Positions 50,216 to 62,234 of a stretch of 64,000 bases of DNA are shown here, one piece after another; the first letter of the stretch is position 1, and each line of letters begins with the position of its first letter. Source of the DNA: Podarcis erhardii. Lineage: Eukaryota. The stretch lies in the NCBI GenBank assembly GCA_964252035.1, contig CAXUOO010000037.1; one strand, given 5' to 3'. The notes under the pieces are model-generated. The model was not told where the DNA came from and searched no databases. It was given only the letters and a program-made list of their open reading frames with translations. A program made the translations under genes and the position numbers.

Positions 50216-53200
50216 TGACTACGTCTAGTATTCTTTTGTGGTAAGTCTGCCCTGCACTGCCTCATTGCAGAGGTGATGCAACGCACGCGATCTCGTTCAC
50301 CGCTCGATCGTGCGCATACTGAAAGGCAGCATAAGATCATAAGAAAGTTTCGAACAATTCGATCCCTTTGGACACCGCGCTAGAAATATGAAACTTTTGG
50401 CAGCAGCGTTTTGGGACAATCTATGCAGAAACGTCTGATCATGTGCTTGTATAAATCCAACCCAATGTAAGTCTCAAACTAGGCAGACGTTGATACAGTC
50501 CTATACGATACGGCCTAATGCAGTAACCGCCTCTCAATTTCAGAACGGCGAACTCAGCAGTAGTGTAACCAGGAGACAGACACTATTAAATAAAAAAAAT
50601 AACACAACAGCAGCCACGACAGAGGCATCTAAACAGGAGCCATAACATGTGATTCAAAACGCTGCGTACGATTCGTACAGCGATATTCCACAATTTGATT
50701 GAGATGTAAAACTTACCAACAACTTGCAACTCCGAAAGCACCACCATTGCCGCCATGAATACACAGCCAAAAACGATACTAACTGCAGTGATGAAACGGT
50801 CATAGGCCATGCTGCCGATTACTACAGCTCCTGCACAGTACAACACATGAGAAACACACACTCCAATAATCCACTGATCAAAATATCTTTCGCTAAAACC
50901 TGTTTAATAAGCAGATTCTCTCCAGAGATTCTTAACAACAGCAATCCTCTTCCGATATGTATATATGCAGAAAATGAAAATGGTGTTGCGTTTTACTTAC
51001 ATAAGCAACGTCAAAAGCGCACGGATAGAGGTATTTTATGAGAACACTCTTTTCGAAGAATGTTGCTACAAAGGGTCTGCAACTCCAGTATAAAAATGAG
51101 CCATCATTACAACGCTACGCATGTGCAGAAGAAGTATACAGGGCTACGTTCGCTGGTGTTGCCACTGCTGAAGCCTTTGCTATCTTCACCGACTTGGAAA
51201 CAAGAGAGCAGCAACGCGTTTGCTAAATTTTGGAAGACCAAAAGTCTTCCCAAACTCGTATAAAGAAGTAGATCCTGTGTTTTTTAGTATGAAACAACTG
51301 TTATTTTGAGCATGAAAAGAGAATTCTCGTGGAAGCTTTTTTTGTTTTCGAGCTCCTTAGATCTAGGAGACCGCGCACTGATGTAAAATACGCGCCAACT
51401 GCAGGATATAGACCACGATGCAAGCACCTTGACAAATAATTACTTTCATATGAACTAATCAATCAAGATGTCGTTCTAGAATAATCGCTTTGTAGAAAAG
51501 GTTTGCGCTCACCTCTAATCATGTTACGCGTGGTTTGTTTCACGTGATATTCCATTTTCAATAGAAACGACGAAGCAGCATCAGAAAGGAAATCAACGAC
51601 GCCAGAGTAGCATCAACTGATACAACAACATATCTACTACTATCTTTGCGCTTTGCCGCGAGACTACTTGGAGCAATCTATGATAGTGAACTAAACTTAG
51701 CCTCGTGCAAAAACTCTGCCCTTCAGGACGCCTATAACATTAGCCTCTTCGTGAAGCAAGTGCGAGACGCAGCTTTTATTGTTCTTGGAATCAAAGAAAC
51801 TAAAAAGTGGATTGCCAAACAGGAGTTTGTCTACATTATAAACGTGCTTTTCCAAGCAGTTCGTCTGTATCTACGAGATATGTATGGGTACCTGACATGA
51901 GTGCGCATACTAAAGTGAAACGCACGCCCAATCACGAAAAGATGCAGTGTTCCGTTGCATCATAAAACTAACCTTGACATTTCAGAAAGAAGCGAATTTA
52001 GCTATCTGCTTGAAGCCGCATGTAATCGAATCTGACTGTAAAGCTTTGTCGAGGATCTCATATGCTCGGAAATTGCGAAGGTAGTTGCGTTACAAAGTTA
52101 GTATAAAGGCGCGGAAAATTTTGATTGGTACACTAAGCCAAAATAAACGTGCAAAAGTGTGCGTACAAGAGACCTGCTGGTTTCTTTTCAAACCTTGTTA
52201 CATAAAGACGCGTTTCACGATTTTCACTTGCGTTACCGTTTTTGAACGCTTGTCTGATAACGATGGGAAGTTCGTAGAAAACGACTACGGGAGAAAGAGC
52301 AATAGTAGAAAGGGGATGTGTCAATAGAAGCAACTGTAATATTGAGAGGTGGCGATCGCGCTTCAGCGTGCGGTGAATGAGAATCCATCGCATAGCCCCC
52401 ACCAAGACTGCACCGAAGGTTATGGCTACACTGAAGAAAGCAGCAGAGTGCACGATGTACAACACCAGCACACAGTGTAATCAACTGCTGAAAATGAAAG
52501 GTACGCGTTCTAGTGTTAAAAAATCAGCGAAACAACGAAAAAGCGACATTACAAACACTGAGGAAAACATGTTGCGAGTGAATCAAAAAGCCGCTACAGC
52601 GGCACCTTTATAACGTAGACAAATAGTATATACACGTACACGTACGTGTACGTATGCACATACCATATATTTTGTGTTGACATTATCTCAACGTATACGG
52701 TGAAGATGAAAGAACGACAATTCAAGGATCAAATAATATGCGAAAATCTTCTACATAAAAGGCGCCGCCGTGGGTCTGTATCACAAATAAGGACGAAATA
52801 CGATAAGAATATACACAAGATTTGTATATTCACATGTGTACAAAAAAGTCTTCAATTTGCGCATTTTCGAGGAACTCATGTTTTTGTATACGATTAGTGC
52901 GGAAGGGAACGAAAGCAGGAGACGTTACAGTAGTTGCGCAGAGACACGTGAAAAAACCAGAAAATCGAAGAAATGAAAAGAGGCATCTCACCGCTGGCAC
53001 GGTAGAGAACAAGAAGTCAATGCGCTTTTAGTTTTCGTGAGGCCCACTCAGGAGGAGTTAGCGATGAACAGCAAAACAGCGAAAACAAGCACCATATATT
53101 GAGTCTTATATTGAAGGAATAAGCAAACTTTGACCATAAAAAGTGTATCAGCTGTTGTAAATATACAGAGGATATCACAACCAGTGTTCAAAACGCGGAG

Positions 53201-54793
53201 TTCATGTTAGTAAGCACTTGTGGTAACGGATGCGTAGGTTTCGTGCGAAACGCAGTTGAGGCTCTGCTAGGAGCTAAATTGCATTTTGGAAATGTACAAG
53301 TGTGCAGACAATTGTAAGCATACACTCTGTGGTGTATACCTAATGACTGTACACAAGACACCTGTGGATTTAAAGATTCTATACAACTATGTGAGTATAG
53401 TTTAATAACTTTATGAGTTTGCGGAAGCCATCCGGGCAGTGTCAACTCAGCGCAGACTAACCCCGTGGAACTTTTGATTTCCATTTCCGGAAGCGTTAGA
53501 GAAATACTTAAAATGATGAAAATCTGCACGCATAGGGTCTCACACATGGATGGCCTACGTAATTCTCAGGGATACGAATCTTAAGACAACATAAACGTGT
53601 AAGTCTACATATATATATATATATATCTATGTATGTTGACAGATAGAGCAAAAAAAATCTTAGGTTTCGATGCGATATACAAAGTGATAGAAATTTTTTT
53701 AGAATCCCGCAGTCAGCCGAAAGCGAACTGGGAAGAATACTGCAACATAACGATATAGTAAGGTCAAAAAATATACTTGATACAACCACTGAACCAGCAT
53801 TTCATCTGAACATACTCACACGAATGTAAGCAAGCTGACTCATGATATTTTCCCAAACCACTGAGTGTGGCAGCAAAAAACCTGCATGGTTGTATACATA
53901 TCAGTTTGTAGAACAATTTCGAGTTTTTGTGATGAAAAGAATTCATGCAAGTAGACATTGTATCCCCTGTTCAAGCGCCTGCGCGCTTTAGAAAACTGCA
54001 TTAAACTTGTGCTAATGTGGTATGAAACCTTCTATTGACCAACTATACTGTAGTTCACGCATGCCTCTGTACATACGTTCATAATATACATAATTTATAG
54101 ACAAACAGATACGAAAACCTATGTGCATATACAAACGTATAAATACCCGCACAATGATTACTCCAAAATGGATAGCTCGCTACAATCCGACGGCCCACTA
54201 CTTTTCTTAAGTATATGTGTGTATATGTCTCTGCGTAGACATTAAATTCTCGTGCTTACTTGTGTATACAATTTTATACATATACACATATACATACATA
54301 TATGCAAATGCACCAGGAACATATATAGCTGAAGTATACATATATATTTTTTTTATGTTATTAGTTTATGTACATATCGTCCTATATGCAAGCACGCTAC
54401 CGTCTTACCAGGATAGCGATGATTCGCAGCCGAAAATGTTCCAAACCTACAAAACAAAAAAATCTCAGCATTTAATATGACATTTCATCAACGCTGACAG
54501 GCTATATTTCACTAACCACCTCGAAGCACCAAATCTGTCTGTAAACTTTGAAATTACTTTCTCTAGATGTAAAGCATTCGTCAAATGCTATGATTCAATG
54601 TCCGTAAACTAGGTATTACCTCATAGCACACGTCACTCAAATATTTATACGTTGTACATGCATAGATTTAAATAGCTGGAGAAACGAAGAGGATAGTTCT
54701 GAGAATAATTTTCATGTATAAACCTTTTGTAAATGTTTAGACGCAAAAATCAGACCATTCTTAGCATGAGTATTTACTCTTTACTATATACAT

Positions 54794-54829
<36 letters not shown>

Positions 54830-55021
54830 TTTATGTGTGCTGTGTGCGTAGTTTGGCCTGGACAGTAATCTGTGATTACGTATGTACACATAAAAAAACG
54901 AACCACACTCAAGACATATAGCAACGTGCAGAGGCTATTCCAGCTTCTATGCAAAGTGATATTGTGTATACGCGTGGAAGAAAGACATGTAATATATATT
55001 GATATCCAAATAGATAAGAAG

Positions 55022-55064
<43 letters not shown>

Positions 55065-55332
55065 GTGTATTATATGTATGAATGTGAATCTGTGAAAAGA
55101 AAAGGCGTGTCTCAGCGACTTCGAATCTACTTATTTATTTCACGCTGTAGCTAGAAAGCTTTCTCGATTACTCTAGCAGACAAGGAAAAGTAGCTGCCTG
55201 AAGAAAACACGAATATGTACTGATAAACGTGTCCAACATAATCTTCGCCCTCACAAGTCTTACTTCATTCACATGCATACATATATATATATATATATAT
55301 CTTATCCCACATGCATAGTCTTCAATCTTCTG

Positions 55333-55371
<39 letters not shown>

Positions 55372-56479
55372 GTATTTCGCAAGTTGGGAATTGAATTTTG
55401 CCTCGTTGACTAGTGTTTTATGTCGCTATGAAAGTTTTCGTGCGAGGCTGTCTCTAGCTTTTAGTTTTGATGCGTCAATTCACACGCCCAATATATTGTC
55501 GCGCATACACACAGCTGTAGATGTACACGCATGTAAATACAATCTAGAATCAGAAAAAACAAGGTTGATGGAATTATACATACCCTGTACTTTGCAAGGA
55601 GCGCAAGTAGCACTTACCCCAACAAACGGCGAGTAGGTAAGTGAAAAAAACTGAAGAAGACTTGACAAGTGTGATGGCGGCTACGGAGATGAAACGAAAA
55701 GCAATATTGGTGAGAGAGACATCAGCAGCTGCACAAAGAGCTATTGGTAGAAGCGTGTAGGCGATGTAGGAAGCAGTTAATTTGTGTAGAGGAGGCAAGG
55801 CCGAGGGGAAGCAGAAGAAACAGAGTCTGAGAGCGAGAGAGGCGAAAGAGAAGTGCAGAAAAGTCACGAAGAGCGGTATGGGAAAAGCCAAGATATCGAA
55901 CAAGTATTTGTTCGAAGCAGTCAAAACCAAACTCGACATATACCACACGCCCACGCTCAGAAGCAGCTGCAGAAGTTCTCGACCGGACTCTGTCGAGAAC
56001 GCCTTCAGTCCCCCTTCTTCTTCTTCGTCGTTTTCGGCTGTTGCCGCTGCCATTTCTGCAGCTCGCTTCTGTCTCGCCTCTGCACTACTGTGCGGAGTGA
56101 GCTCTATTATCGCACCTCTTTTGGCAACTCCTTCCAAAGCTTCTGCTGCTGGCAGTGCTGTTGTTGAGCTTGCTGCTGCAATACTTGTCTTTGTTTCTGC
56201 AATTTCTGTGCAGACTGTGACAGCGCAACTCGTCGTCAGTTCGTTGCAGGCAGCGTTTTCATCGACTTGCCTGTAAGTTTTGCTGCTGTTGCGCCACCTT
56301 CTTTTGCTGCGCCAACTGCTGCTCTTGCTCCTGCTAACGCTGCAGCTGCTGGTCTCTGTTTCGTCTCCAAAGCTGCGCAGAAACTTCGACTTTCTGCTGC
56401 TGTGGTGGCTGCTGCTTTGCGTACTGCTGCTGGGGCTGCCGCTGCTGCTATGCAGCTCATTTCTATGCACTTTCCTCAT
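49097..56479 (-). CDS. Triose-phosphate-transporter family / SLC35C2-like nucleotide-sugar transporter, 8 exons
   Basis: Exons 56479-55618, 54446-54409, 53523-53462, 52430-52237, 50830-50717, 49952-49882, 49394-49349 and 49173-49097, all phase-compatible GT-AG. Motifs WYMSSLVLTASNKYLF, FPIPLFVTFLH, DVSLTN, TLVKSSSVFF, WGLE, GAMRWILIH, LTSSVSLCVAGLGKEILTI, VIFGE, GISYYSY. About 10 hydrophobic segments. The start codon could differ slightly (e.g. 56460). Confidence 0.9.
50177..50213. repeat. (TA)n microsatellite
   Basis: Perfect dinucleotide run in a transporter intron. Confidence 0.95.
52237..52430 (-). CDS. SLC35/TPT transporter exon 4
   Basis: ttcttcag|T; VAITFGAVLVGAMRWILIH...HPLSTIALSPVVVFYE; G|GTAACG. 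Confidence 0.85.
55024..55062. repeat. (TA)n microsatellite
   Basis: Perfect dinucleotide run in a transporter intron. Confidence 0.95.
55618..56479 (-). CDS. SLC35/TPT transporter exon 1
   Basis: ORF 55574-56479, with a Ser/Ala-rich N-terminus followed by TM1-4; TGG G|GTAAGT donor. Confidence 0.88.
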
Positions 56480-56979
56480 TGGGTTTCAGGTCAAACTCAC
56501 AATGTTAGTATTGCTGTACAGACACATGAAAGCGTAGCTCGAGCGGGGGGCCTGCATCTGCTACATATGTGTGCATTCACACGCAGACTGCTTTTCCACC
56601 GCAGAGAAGAAGTCTTCCATGATCTATCCCCTCATAAAGTGTAGGGAGCGATTCGTCCTCTAAATTGGGGAAAAGCCGATACTATATATATATATATATG
56701 TATGTATGCTTTGGATAAGCTCTCTCTACAGGTTCAGGCGACTTGAAGGAAAAAAGGAAGGAGTCAGTAGGGTCACACGGGGGGTGATTGGTTGGTCAAT
56801 ACTGACTACTGTGTAGCACTCGAAGAGGAAATGCTTTTCTGAAACAAATCTCTCAGAAAGCCTCTAAATCTGAGGATCCAAAGCAACTGTCGCACAGCGC
56901 CGACGACTGCAATTTCTTCTTTTGTCGACTGACACCTTCGCTCGCATATGTGGTAGCAAAAGCTTCCTCCAAATTTTGT

Positions 56980-57006
56980 AGTAGTAATAGTAGTAGTAGT
57001 AGTAGT
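56980..57006. repeat. (TAG/GTA)n trinucleotide microsatellite upstream of the transporter
   Basis: gtagtaatagtagtagtagtagtagt. Confidence 0.85.
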
Positions 57007-57223
57007 GGGAGTAGTGAAGAAAAAGTGCAATACTAGTGATACTACTGGAAAACAAGTCGGAGTAGTTGCAAAACCTGGGCTTTTTCTCTGTTGGCTGCAG
57101 AGGCAGCAACACATGTAGCAGCGCTCTGCCTCCTTCAAATAAGCAGCAACAGCAGCTGCATCACTGTAGCCAAAACTATACTAGCAGCGTTAGCAGCAAG
57201 ACTTTTTTCCATGTACTAATATA

Positions 57224-57281
57224 CGACAGCGATGTACAATCGACAGCGATGTACAATCGACAGCGATGTACAATCGACAGC
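57224..57281. repeat. Perfect 17-bp tandem repeat x3.4 (CGACAGCGATGTACAAT)
   Basis: Units at 57224, 57241 and 57258, plus a partial unit at 57275. Confidence 0.95.
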
Positions 57282-58223
57282 AACACAGGAAGTGTTTGAA
57301 GCAGGAACAGCACACACAGCGAGCTTTTTTGACTCAGTTTAATTGCGGTCAGAAGCAGAAGCAGAGCTTTCCTCAATCATCACACCAAAGCAGCCCCTTA
57401 GAAATATACGTATATATATACATATATATACGTCAGCACGTACGTCAGAGATGCAGGCGCGTCAGTGTTATTCAAGACGCCGCTCTAGCAAACGGAAGAG
57501 GCACCAGCAGCGGGGAAAATGGCTGCATTTATTCAAATCATTCTCCTACTAAGTATAGACTTTCGAATACTTTTTTGTGCAAATCAAGAAAGTGCATGAG
57601 GCAGATCCGATCTATGCTTGAGCTCTTCCCACATACACAACTCTCAGACAAAAAAGTTGTGCTGTAGTGTTCTTGATGTATACAAAAACAACAACATACC
57701 TCAAGTTGTAGTGCACACCGAAAAAACGTTGACGTGCAATTTTTTTTAAACACAAAAACTACAAGTGAAAACTCCAAACTTTTTGCATTTTGTGTATTGA
57801 TGAGGAGAGTAAGAAATGAATGTTCTAGAGCTGCTTCATGTGGAATGAAAACGTTACACTACATATCTCCGCTGCTTCCGACCCTTGCTATTGCACGACG
57901 GAGAGACACAATATGGCTCTATCATTGTCAAATAGTCCACAAAGCCGAAAACTCCTTCAGTCAGGGCAAATAAATTCAACGCTATCAAGGCTTCGCGGAC
58001 CGCCAGCAAGACAAAATAATTCAGCAACTGCGAGGATCAACAAGACTGTACACACATATGGGTGCACTACACGTACACAAATACTACGATATCCGTTCAG
58101 AATAACAACGATGTACGTATATAACATTCCTAATGCGTATATGACAGTGTATATATATTTATATTTATGACTTCGTCAGCCTATGCACGCTGCAAATGTC
58201 CATCTAAATATATGCATAGCTGG

Positions 58224-58372
58224 ATGAAAGCGCATAATGGCACCTAAGCTCTGCAACGACAGAAGCTCCAAAATTATCAGTGCTGACAACCATATTTTTA
58301 TCCGCTCTACCTAATAAATGAAAGCGCACAATGGCACCTAAGCTCTGCCACAACAGAAGCTTTCAAATTATC
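58224..58372. repeat. 55-bp direct repeat with 94-bp period
   Basis: atgaaagcgca.aatggcacctaagctctgc...agaagct...aaattatc at 58224 and 58318; about 6 mismatches. Confidence 0.9.
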
Positions 58373-59610
58373 GAAGCTAATATTCGAATAATTGCCCGCT
58401 TTACCTACAAAACTTTGTGGTAGGTTTTCCTGAGTCCCCCCTTAGCAAAAAACGTTTTTGCTGGCAACTCTTTCAAAGCTTTTTAACCTCCATAAGGAAA
58501 ACTAGCGCTTCAACAAGCACATTTTCTATTCTCTCAACTCAGACTGAGAAGATATGTCTCTCTCGAAACTAGTATTCAATGTACACCACAAAATACACCA
58601 AGCCTTCAATACACCATTCAGCAGTCTGTGGAAAAGGTACACATGTATAATTCGTTGAAAGCAAATAAACGAATGCTCTCCTGCTAGTAGTACTAGCGTG
58701 CTTTCAGATGTATGAGAACACATTTCGGAAAATAACAAGTCTTTTATAACCGATGAAGAGATAAAATCCCTGAACTAATTTCTTCCTTTCTTGAAAAAAG
58801 AAGAGAAAAATGACAGCCGTATCTCTTTTCTCAAAATCTCTCTGGCAGTGTGTCCCGCCCAATCATGTGTCAGCAAAAAAAGCTCACCTATAATGTGTAT
58901 TGTATCGGATTAGAGATGTGCTGATGGTAAGAGAACAACCGCATGTATAAAGCCTTTGCACATAGGTACCTTGAATATATCAAACCAAAAAGCATAAAAT
59001 TCTCAGTCTGTATACATTGCAAACATATGAAAATTAGCGCCGCGTTAGTTCAATGCGCCTACCTGCGACGAGAACTGCGTCAAGATAGGCGTGAAGGAAA
59101 AAACAAGTAAAATAGCAAGAGACGAAGGATTGAAAAATTACTTAGACAAATAAAGAGTACAAAACATGTACGACATGATACATGACAGCTGACACTCAAA
59201 ACTAAAGAAAGAACCGTCACGGTGAATATGCGAAAGCAGTCACATCGAGAGGAAATGTCAAAGAACCTGCATTAATACGTAGACTGGTGGAAATGGTCAG
59301 GAAAAAAAGACATTCATTCTAAACACGATCTTTATTGGCACGCAGGACAGTCACAACGCCAAAGATTAGACATGACAATGTGTGACGCGCTGGAAAAGTA
59401 AGTTGGCCAAAAAAACCCCGGAAAGGAAGGAAAAGTGAAACAGCCCTTAGAGCAGTCTACGCATTAAAGCATGATCAAGGTGCAGAAGAAGGGAGTGCAG
59501 AAGATAATATAACCTTATGAAAAAGGGGAAAAAGAAGCCGCGAACGCAGTCCAGAACTCGGACGTACTATGTGAAGCATATCGACCTTCCACGAGAGCGA
59601 TGAGAACACT

Positions 59611-59814
59611 GCGGCTTCTGTGACAGCACCGAGAAGAGTCAAGTCTTTTCACATTCATGCATTTAGTATAGGCAAAAAAAGCATTTCCGAGCACATGAGA
59701 ACCTTTGCCTCCGCGGCTTCTGTGACAGCACCGAGAAGAGTCAAGTCCTTTCACATTCATGCATACAGTATAGGCAAAAAAAGCATTTCCGAGCACATGA
59801 GAACCTTTGCCTCC
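59611..59814. repeat. 102-bp tandem duplication (2 copies, 3 mismatches)
   Basis: gcggcttctgtgacagcaccgagaagagtc...gaacctttgcctcc at 59611 and 59713. Confidence 0.95.
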
Positions 59815-61355
59815 GAATGATTGCCTGGAGAAAACCCGAAACCAAATAAGAGCGAAGAGCCCAACGCGCAGTCTGACGGCCATCCGCTCGCATGCGCACC
59901 TCGCTCATCAACGCGCCTTAATCCATCACCGCTATCAAGCACACCTCCCGAAAGTGAATTAGCAGACTTCACTTTCATTAGGTTGCTATGGTTTTTAGTA
60001 ATCGTAAACTAGCCTATACCTATATCTGCACTAACGAAACATAGATGATGTGCAAAAAATGGCAAGAGACGTCAAGAAACCACATCTTCCCTGCAAAATC
60101 GCGCTGTTATGGATGAAGTTTACTGCGTGGTAGCTTGTCTTTCGCAATCAGTGCCCTTCATATCACCTGACTCACTTTATTATGCCAGTATAGTTTTATT
60201 ATAACAGCGGTCTACTCTCTTTTCAACCCATGTGTGATTTTTTCCCCTTCCTTTTCGTTGGAATCTTCTCCCTTCACTTTCAGCCGAAGCCGAGTGGCAG
60301 CTCTCATTCAACCTTATCACAGCCATGTAAGAATGAGTTCAGCAACTAACTGCGTATTTATTGAAGTCAATGTTTTTTAGAGGCTTTTTTTTTGGTGTAA
60401 ACTTTTTTTTTTGCGTTGGTCTTTTTCCGAGCGCCTGAAATTCGTCGCGTGGGTCTTTTTTCCACGTGGATGGCGTGACGATATATAAACCAAGTGCAAA
60501 TAGATTGATATGAAGTAGGCGGAGATTATGCGTGAACATATATGGCGTATGTAGATAGTGTATGTACACCATTTACAATATATGCGTATGTGAGATAGCT
60601 GTCCCCTTAAACACTTTCATGAACAATTATATTCGTGCACGTATTTATGTACACAAACTATACATCATATATCAATGTAAATGGAATTGTAATGTCCAGG
60701 AACTTGTATAGATACCAAGATGTATATATATGTATACTAATGGTTCTTGATTGTGGTGAGGTGTCAGCTACTCTATACTACGTTGAAACATAGCCGTCCA
60801 ACTGATTACTGGAGTAATTGACGTCACTGTCAATGACTTTTCTGCGTCGATTTTCAGTATTTCCGAATCTTCCGGTCGGTGTTGTCTTCTCCCGCCTCTG
60901 TAGTACCATTCCTTTGCATATGTCATACTGCACTTCATTGCAACTTGTTGCCTTTGAGCTGTCTGTTCTCTGAATGAAACCCATTAAAAGACTTGGAAAA
61001 CGCAATATGTGAATGTTTTTCAAAACGGACGGATAGACTTACTGCATATACTTTTGTTTCTTTTCTATTTAAGCTGCGTCGGAGGTTTCCTCTTTGTCAA
61101 TTAATCAGCGCCGCATAAAGGAAAGGTCTACACATGTCAATATATACGTATATTTATACATACACAGTTTGTGTATATAAATATACACGTCAGGATGTGT
61201 GTACATAACTCCCTTTCTCTCTCAATGAATAAATAAATATATATCTATATTGTATGTGACATCCAAGTTAATACGTGTAAGTGAAGGCATGAATGATTAT
61301 GAACTCCCTCCGTATCGTGTCCATGCACGAATCTGTGTCTATATGTAAGCAAGTG

Positions 61356-61397
<42 letters not shown>

Positions 61398-61985
61398 ACT
61401 GTTTTCACTAAACATGATATGTTGAAATCTGTGCGTTTCCTGTCTATCGTGTTCTGTTCGTCATTCGAACATCGCATCGACAAGCAGTACACACACAGTA
61501 AACATTTTCTTTCGCAGGATAATGCGAGTGGCTCCTTTGTTTTTTCAATTTCAAAGGCCACGAGGCGTTTTTCTCGTTTCGTCACCGACCCGCAGCTCTC
61601 CCTTCAAAGCGATATTTCATGCAATTGATGAATTCTCCGTTCTTTCAAGCTGACTACAGTCGGAAACTTGGAAGCTTCTCCTGTGGTTCGCTGCTCTTCT
61701 TTCTTTTGACCTCTTTCCGTCCGGAAAGCAGCGAGAACTTCACGTCCTGTACTTGCAGTGTACAGACACCCCCGCAGCGCGTTCCCAGGTGTTTTTCGAT
61801 AGCGCGTTGTTCTCTCTTCTCTGTTGTTGGTGTCTCGGAGTTCTCCTGGCGGGTTTTTTCGGCACCTCTTTCTGTCTTTCCGTGCGTCTGTTTGTCGCGC
61901 TCACTTCGCTCCTCCTCTTAATTTAGCGGCGTAAATGTGAGTCCGGACGGATCGATGGTGGCGCTGGTCTGTGGCTGTTCTCTGC

Positions 61986-61993
61986 TGCATGCA
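61986..61993. promoter_or_regulatory. TGCATGCA octamer ~80 bp upstream of the poly-Gln gene ATG
   Basis: Exact palindromic motif, known in apicomplexans as an ApiAP2-bound element and as a common Eimeria repeat. Function at this site is not shown, and copies also occur in coding and 3' regions (951, 1477, 16009, 48526, 48853). Confidence 0.3.
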
Positions 61994-62073
61994 CACACGG
62001 TGGAAAAGAGTAGCGAGTGCGGCAGCGACTGTTGAGAAGATGCTGTGGCAGTTTGGCTGCTCTTTCAGAAGCA

Positions 62074-62201
62074 ATGGAAGAGCGCACAACAGCCGCAGCC
62101 GCTAACGGGCAGCCGCAGCGGCAAGGCACTGCGACAGGCGCCGCGGTGAACTTCCGTCAGGCGCTCTTTGAACAGCCCCAACAACGTCTGCTGCAGCAAA
62201 C

Positions 62202-62234
<33 letters not shown>

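Noticed and set aside
57224-59814. CRISPR-like interpretation of the direct repeats
   Set aside because: The repeats are contiguous tandem copies or only two units, with no unique equal-length spacers and no cas genes, in a eukaryotic context.
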